From positions 1,258,938 through 1,322,937 of the forward strand of contig OZ246948.1 in the NCBI GenBank assembly GCA_965232155.1: a DNA stretch of 64,000 bases, read 5' to 3'. The notes below the pieces were generated by a model. It was not told where the DNA came from. It did no database searches and saw only the letters and a list, made by a program, of their open reading frames with translations. The position numbers were made by a program, and so were the translations under genes. The DNA is from Thermodesulfobacteriota bacterium. Its GTDB lineage: Bacteria > Desulfobacterota_D > UBA1144 > Nemesobacterales > Nemesobacteraceae. This document shows, piece by piece, positions 59,019 to 64,000 of this stretch; positions within the stretch are counted from its first letter, which is position 1; every line of letters begins with the position of its first letter.

Positions 59019-61688
59019 ATGGAAGAAGATCCTCAAATATCGGAAGAAGAAGCTGAAGACCGGGAATGGATCGAATCGCTTGAATACGTAATCGAGAATT
59101 CCGGGCGCGAGAGGGCAAGCGACCTGCTCAGAAAGCTCCGAATCTACTCCCAGAAAAAAGGCGTCAAGATTCCATACACCTCAAATACCCCATACGTAAA
59201 CACCATCTCCCTTGAGGATCAGCCGCCTTACCCGGGCAACTACGAAATAGAGCGCGCAATAAGAAACATAATAAGGTGGAACGCCATGGCCATGGTCGTG
59301 CGCGCAAACAGGATAAGCGACGACATCGGCGGACATATCTCTACCTACGCCTCAGCCGCAACGCTCTACGAGATAGGATTCCACCATTTTTTCAGGGCCG
59401 GTGATGAGAACTGGGAAGGGGACATGATCTATTTTCAGGGGCACGTTTCGCCAGGCATATACGCAAGGGCGTTTCTTGAAGGCACGGTCTCTATCGAGCA
59501 GATGCGCAATTTCAGAAGGGAGATTGACGGAGACGGTCTTTCTTCCTATCCTCACCCCTGGCTTATGCCGGGCTTCTGGCAGTTCCCGACGGTCTCAATG
59601 GGACTTTCTCCCATAATGGCGATTTACCAGGCCCGTTTCAACAGGTACCTCGAGGACAGGGGGCTCAAGCCCCGAACCGATGCCAAGGTGTGGGCCTTTA
59701 TCGGAGACGGAGAGACGGACGAACCTGAAACCTTGGGAGCCATCACCCTGGCGTCGAGAGAGAAACTGGACAACCTCATATTCGTGATCAACTGCAACCT
59801 CCAGCGCCTTGACGGCCCCGTGAGGGGAAACGGCAAGATAATACAGGAGCTTGAGAGAATCTTCAGGGGAGCCGGATGGAACGTCATAAAAGTTATCTGG
59901 GGAGGGAACTGGGATCCGATCCTGGCTCAGGATAAAGACGGCTTCCTGGTCGAAAAGATGGAAGCGACTCTTGACGGTGATTACCAGAGATACACTATTT
60001 CTCCCGGGAAGCACATAAGGGAGAAATTTTTCGGCGCCCGCCCTGAAATCCTCAAAATGGTCGAGAACCACACAGACGAGGAGCTTGAGAAGCTCACAAG
60101 AGGAGGCCACGACTCAGAGAAGGTCTACGCCGCTTACAAGGCCGCGGTTGAGAACACCGGATCTCCCACGGTGATCCTTGCAAAGACCATAAAGGGCTAC
60201 GGCCTCGGGGAAGCGGGGGAGGGCAAGAACATAACCCACCAGCAGAAAAAACTTAACGAGGAGGAGCTAAAAGACTTTCGCTCCAGGTTCTACATACCGC
60301 TTACGGACCAGGAAGTAAGAAGGGCTCCCTTCTACAGGCCAGCTCCCGACAGCCCCGAGATGAAGTATCTGCGCGAAAAAAGAGAAGCTCTCGGCGGACC
60401 CATCCCGAAGCGGACCGTACGGGCAAAGCCCCTTGAGAAAATCCCCGAGCGGGTGTTCGAGGAGTTCAAAAAGGCTTCCGGACCCAAGAGAAAAGTGGCC
60501 ACTACCATGGTAATCGTCCACATGCTCTCAAGGCTTATGCGGGACAAGGATATAGGAGAACTGATAGTTCCCATAGTACCTGATGAAGCGAGAACTTTCG
60601 GAATGGAGGCGCTTTTCCGCCAAGTCGGCATCTATTCAAGCGTTGGACAGCTCTACGAACCCGTTGACGCAGGCACCCTTCTTTACTACAAGGAGGCAAA
60701 GGACGGCCAGATACTCGAAGAAGGCATAACCGAGGCGGGCAGCATGTCTTCCTTTATCGCTGCCGGCACGGCCTATTCGACCCACGGGATAAACACCATT
60801 CCCTTTTTCATTTACTACTCCATGTTCGGGTTCCAGAGAATAGGGGACCTTATCTGGGCCGCCGCCGACATGAAATGCAGGGGCTTCATGGTGGGAGGTA
60901 CCGCCGGGCGAACCACCTTGGCGGGCGAAGGTCTTCAGCACCAGGACGGAAACAGCCATCATTTCGCCTACGCCTATCCCAACCTGAAGGCCTACGACCC
61001 TGCTTTTTCCTACGAGATCGCCGTGATAGTTAGGGACGGGATAAAGAGGATGTACCAGGACGGGGAGGAGATATTCTACTACATAACGGTGATGAACGAG
61101 CGCTACGCGCAGCCGGCCATGCCTGAGGGGGTCGAGGAAGGTATAGTAAAGGGAATGTACAGGTTCGCGGCTTCTGAGATCAAGGACTCCGGGAAAAAGG
61201 TTCATCTTTTCGGAAGCGGCGCAATCATAAACGAGGTTTTCTGGGCCAGGGATGTCCTTGAGAACGGCTATGGCGTCCCGACCGACGTCTGGAGCGTAAC
61301 GAGCTACAAGGAGCTTTACCAGGACGCAAAGGAAGCAGAAAGATGGAACCGCCTAAATCCCGGCGAGAAGAGAAAAAAAAGCTACATTTCAGAGTGCATG
61401 GAAGGGGAAGACGGAGTATTTGTTGCAGCGACCGACTATCTTAAAAGCCTTCCTGATTCCATTTCCGCCTACTTTCCCAAGCCTCTTGTTTCTCTCGGCA
61501 CCGACGGATTCGGAAGAAGCGATACCCGCGAATCGCTTCGTAACTTCTTCGAGGTCGACTACCGTCACATCGCGATCGCGGCGCTTTCAGAGCTTTGCAG
61601 GGAAGGAAAGATAGACGAAAAAACCGTCAATGAGGCGATAAGCGAATTTGGAATCGACCGGGGAAAACCCAATCCCGCGGTCACTTGA
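59019..61688 (+). CDS. aceE: Pyruvate dehydrogenase E1 component, homodimeric type
   Basis: DREWIESLEYVIE...RWNAMAMVVRAN...GGHISTYASAATLYEIGFHHFFR...YFQGHVSPGIYARAFLEG. Start taken at MEEDPQ, by analogy with the N-terminal spacing of enterobacterial AceE. Confidence 0.9.
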   Translation: MEEDPQISEEEAEDREWIESLEYVIENSGRERASDLLRKLRIYSQKKGVKIPYTSNTPYVNTISLEDQPPYPGNYEIERAIRNIIRWNAMAMVVRANRISDDIGGHISTYASAATLYEIGFHHFFRAGDENWEGDMIYFQGHVSPGIYARAFLEGTVSIEQMRNFRREIDGDGLSSYPHPWLMPGFWQFPTVSMGLSPIMAIYQARFNRYLEDRGLKPRTDAKVWAFIGDGETDEPETLGAITLASREKLDNLIFVINCNLQRLDGPVRGNGKIIQELERIFRGAGWNVIKVIWGGNWDPILAQDKDGFLVEKMEATLDGDYQRYTISPGKHIREKFFGARPEILKMVENHTDEELEKLTRGGHDSEKVYAAYKAAVENTGSPTVILAKTIKGYGLGEAGEGKNITHQQKKLNEEELKDFRSRFYIPLTDQEVRRAPFYRPAPDSPEMKYLREKREALGGPIPKRTVRAKPLEKIPERVFEEFKKASGPKRKVATTMVIVHMLSRLMRDKDIGELIVPIVPDEARTFGMEALFRQVGIYSSVGQLYEPVDAGTLLYYKEAKDGQILEEGITEAGSMSSFIAAGTAYSTHGINTIPFFIYYSMFGFQRIGDLIWAAADMKCRGFMVGGTAGRTTLAGEGLQHQDGNSHHFAYAYPNLKAYDPAFSYEIAVIVRDGIKRMYQDGEEIFYYITVMNERYAQPAMPEGVEEGIVKGMYRFAASEIKDSGKKVHLFGSGAIINEVFWARDVLENGYGVPTDVWSVTSYKELYQDAKEAERWNRLNPGEKRKKSYISECMEGEDGVFVAATDYLKSLPDSISAYFPKPLVSLGTDGFGRSDTRESLRNFFEVDYRHIAIAALSELCREGKIDEKTVNEAISEFGIDRGKPNPAVT

Positions 61689-61701
61689 CGAGGAATGTAA
61701 A

Positions 61702-63003
61702 TTGATAGAATTCAGGCTTCCCGAACTTGGAGAAGGAATTGAATCCGGGCAGGTGATAGAGGTTTTCGTTTCGCCCGGGGACAAGGTTTCACTTGAGCAG
61801 CCCCTGCTCGAGGTAGAAACGGACAAGGCCGCCGTTGAAATCCCTTCGCCGGCTGACGGAACAATTGTCGACGTGTGCGTAAGCGCCGGGGATACAGTGG
61901 AAATAAGCCAAGTGCTCGTGAGAATGGACGGGGATGAAGAGGGCAGGGAGCCTCCAGAAGATGCCCCCGCGGCTGCGAAAGAGGAAAAACCCGCTGGGGC
62001 GCAACCACCCCTTCCTGAAAAAGAACCCGAAGAAGAAAAAAAACAGACCCCGTCACCCAAAAGTGCGCTCAAGGACGATGTCGCCCCGCCGGGACCCCTT
62101 GCAGTGGCGGCGGCGCCTTCCGTGAGGCGTCTTGCCAGGGAGCTCGGAGTTGAGCTCTCATCCGTTACGGGAAGCGGTCCCCGCGGGAGAATACTTGAAA
62201 AAGACGTAAAGGCTCACGCCAAGGCCATAATAAGGTCTGTTTCCTCTGCCCAGCCGGCGGCCCCTCCGGAACCCGAGCTTCCCGATTTCTCAAAGTGGGG
62301 AGAGACGGTTACAGAGAGCTTCTCGACCGTGAGGAAGCTTACGGCCAAGCGCCTTTCACAGGCGTGGACGGCCCCTCACGTAACGCAGTTTGACAAGGCG
62401 GACGTCACCCAGCTTGAGGACCTCAGAAAACTTAACAGGGACAAGGTGGCGGAAGCCGGGGGCAACCTTACCGTGACCGCGATTCTGGTAAAAGCCCTTT
62501 CCCGGGCACTTTTGGAATTTCCGAAGTTTAATTCAAGCATACACATGGGCAGCCGCACGATCGTTTATAAAAAATACATAAACATCGGGGTCGCGGTAGA
62601 TACGGAAAGAGGACTTCTTGTCCCTGTGATAAGGGATGTCGACAAAAAGGATATAACGCAGATATCGGTTGAGCTTACGGAGATATCTTCTGCGGCGAGG
62701 GAGAAAAGGCTCTCTGCCGACAGGCTCCAGGGGGGCAGCTTCACAATAACCAACCTTGGGGGGATAGGGGGAACCTTTTTCACCCCGATTCTCAATCCGC
62801 CCGAAGTCGCCATACTGGGAGTCTCAAGATCCTCCTTTGAGCCCGCGTATGTTGACGGGGAGTTTGTACCGAGGTTCATGCTCCCGCTTTCGCTTTCCTA
62901 CGATCACAGGATTATAGACGGGGCGGAAGCCGCCAGGTTTCTAAGGTGGCTCTGCGAGATGCTTGAAAAGTCTCCCGATAGCATATTTGAGCAGGCGGTG
63001 TAG
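61702..63003 (+). CDS. aceF: Dihydrolipoamide acetyltransferase (PDH E2) with a single lipoyl domain
   Basis: Lipoyl domain LLEVETDKAAVEIPSP, a Pro/Ala/Glu linker, the E3-binding domain PSVRRLARELGVELSSVTGSGPRGRILEKDV, and the catalytic SYDHRIIDGAEAARFL. TTG start after a GAGGAA RBS. Confidence 0.88.
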   Translation: MIEFRLPELGEGIESGQVIEVFVSPGDKVSLEQPLLEVETDKAAVEIPSPADGTIVDVCVSAGDTVEISQVLVRMDGDEEGREPPEDAPAAAKEEKPAGAQPPLPEKEPEEEKKQTPSPKSALKDDVAPPGPLAVAAAPSVRRLARELGVELSSVTGSGPRGRILEKDVKAHAKAIIRSVSSAQPAAPPEPELPDFSKWGETVTESFSTVRKLTAKRLSQAWTAPHVTQFDKADVTQLEDLRKLNRDKVAEAGGNLTVTAILVKALSRALLEFPKFNSSIHMGSRTIVYKKYINIGVAVDTERGLLVPVIRDVDKKDITQISVELTEISSAAREKRLSADRLQGGSFTITNLGGIGGTFFTPILNPPEVAILGVSRSSFEPAYVDGEFVPRFMLPLSLSYDHRIIDGAEAARFLRWLCEMLEKSPDSIFEQAV

Positions 63004-63009
63004 CAGACT

Positions 63010-64000
63010 ATGGAGAGAGTAGTAACGGAAGTAGCGGTAATAGGAGCGGGTCCTGGGGGATATCCCGCCGCGTTTGCCCTTGCTGACAAAGGGAAAAAAG
63101 TCACTCTTATAGATCCTGAGCTAAACCCCGGGGGAGTCTGTCTCTACAGGGGGTGCATACCTTCAAAGGCTCTTCTTCACGCGGCGAAGGTGGCCGAGGA
63201 GGCAAGGGATGCGGCGGATTTCGGTCTTAGCTACGGGGAACCGAAGATCGACCCTGAGAAGCTTTTTTCATGGAAAGACGAAGTGGTCTCCAAGCTCACG
63301 GGCGGACTTCGCACGCTTGTTAAGGCGAGAAAGGTAGATTACTTGCGGGGAAGGGCGTCTTTTACCTCTTCAAGTACCCTTCGCATCGTGACGGCTTCTG
63401 GCGAGGAGCGGGAAGTTCTGTTTGAGAATGCCGTTATCTCCACTGGTTCTGTCTCGAGGCGAATTCCGGGAGTGGATTTCGCTTCCCCGAACGTGGTCGA
63501 CTCCGACGGCGCTCTCTCCATGGGAGAGATCCCGAAAACCCTGCTTGTGGTGGGCGGGGGCTACATAGGCCTTGAGCTTGGAACGTTTTTCTCCTCTATG
63601 GGTACGGAAGTCACGGTCGTTGAGATGCTTCCTCGACTCGTTCAAGGGGTTGACAGGGACCTTGCGGGCGTGCTTAAAAAAAGACTTGATGAAAAATTTC
63701 GCTCCATAATGCTTGAAACAAAGCTAGCTTCTATCAATGAGTTAGATAACGAAGTTCAAGTTTCATTTGAAGCTGATGGAAAAAGCTTCCAGGAGAGATA
63801 TGAAAAGGTCCTGATCTCGGTCGGAAGAGTGCCTTACACAGAAGGCCTCGGTCTTGAGAACACCCGGGTCGCGGTGGACGGGCAGGGCTTTATAGAGACG
63901 GACTCACAGAGAAGAACGGCCGATCCGGCGATTTTCGCCATCGGGGACGTTGCCGGGGAGCCCATGCTTGCTCACAAGGCCACTTATGAAGGCAGAATCG
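63010..64000 (+). CDS. lpdA: Dihydrolipoyl dehydrogenase (E3), with the 3' end outside the window
   Basis: I translated it by hand with no stop to the window end. VAVIGAGPGGYPAAF, the redox disulfide GGVCLYRGCIPSK, and a second Rossmann motif VVGGGYIGLELG. Confidence 0.88.
   Translation, partial: MERVVTEVAVIGAGPGGYPAAFALADKGKKVTLIDPELNPGGVCLYRGCIPSKALLHAAKVAEEARDAADFGLSYGEPKIDPEKLFSWKDEVVSKLTGGLRTLVKARKVDYLRGRASFTSSSTLRIVTASGEEREVLFENAVISTGSVSRRIPGVDFASPNVVDSDGALSMGEIPKTLLVVGGGYIGLELGTFFSSMGTEVTVVEMLPRLVQGVDRDLAGVLKKRLDEKFRSIMLETKLASINELDNEVQVSFEADGKSFQERYEKVLISVGRVPYTEGLGLENTRVAVDGQGFIETDSQRRTADPAIFAIGDVAGEPMLAHKATYEGRI

Noticed and set aside
61587-62072. 161-aa Ser/Gly/Ala-rich minus-strand ORF
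   Set aside because: It is antisense to the aceE end and the aceF lipoyl-linker region. Its low-complexity composition mirrors the Pro/Ala/Glu linker on the coding strand.

Overview
This 64-kb chromosomal window comes from a diderm bacterium of moderate GC, shown by a TamB homologue, an AMIN-domain amidase and lipobox lipoproteins. Most of it is housekeeping. In order it holds a glycosyltransferase and tRNA-Arg(CCT), then a DtxR/MntR-regulated Tro/Mnt-type metal ABC importer, der, tamB, an M23 peptidase and rlmB. Next come a polX-ligA repair pair, an amidase, apgM, tRNA-Leu(GAG), an NfeD/stomatin pair and an Opp/Dpp-type peptide ABC operon. The second half holds yceD-rpmF-fabD-fabG-acpP-fabF, a TCA supercluster (acnA-icd-mdh-sdhCAB-sucC), rpoH-dnaK and aceE-aceF-lpdA. 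Several visibly AT-richer insertions interrupt this backbone. (1) At 50.8-55.3 kb, between sucC and rpoH, lies a five-gene defence island: a divergent ImmA-like protease plus XRE repressor (CapP/CapH-like), then a CD-NTase-like nucleotidyltransferase, a stand-alone E2/UBC-fold protein and a patatin phospholipase. I read it as an E2-only (type II short) CBASS-like operon, and it is the strongest candidate system in the window. (2) At 33.8-36.2 kb a 2.4-kb insertion splits oppD from oppF. It carries three tandem genes that share a winged-helix-like module, and the last one ends in a DUF4145/HEPN-like domain. I cannot assign this cassette to any known system. (3) At 29.8-30.8 kb a spacer between oppA and oppB carries decayed ORF remnants and a degenerate duplicate of the oppB 5' end. 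(4) A small GIY-YIG gene sits between dnaK and aceE. Frame disruptions are strikingly clustered (M23 peptidase, ligA, polX, oppA, the 34-36 kb cassette, oppF), while long neighbouring genes are intact. Some map to homopolymer runs, so sequencing error and real decay cannot be separated from the sequence alone. I found no CRISPR array, rRNA, integrase or transposase. All calls rest on reading the ORF translations and the DNA by eye, and no database search was run.
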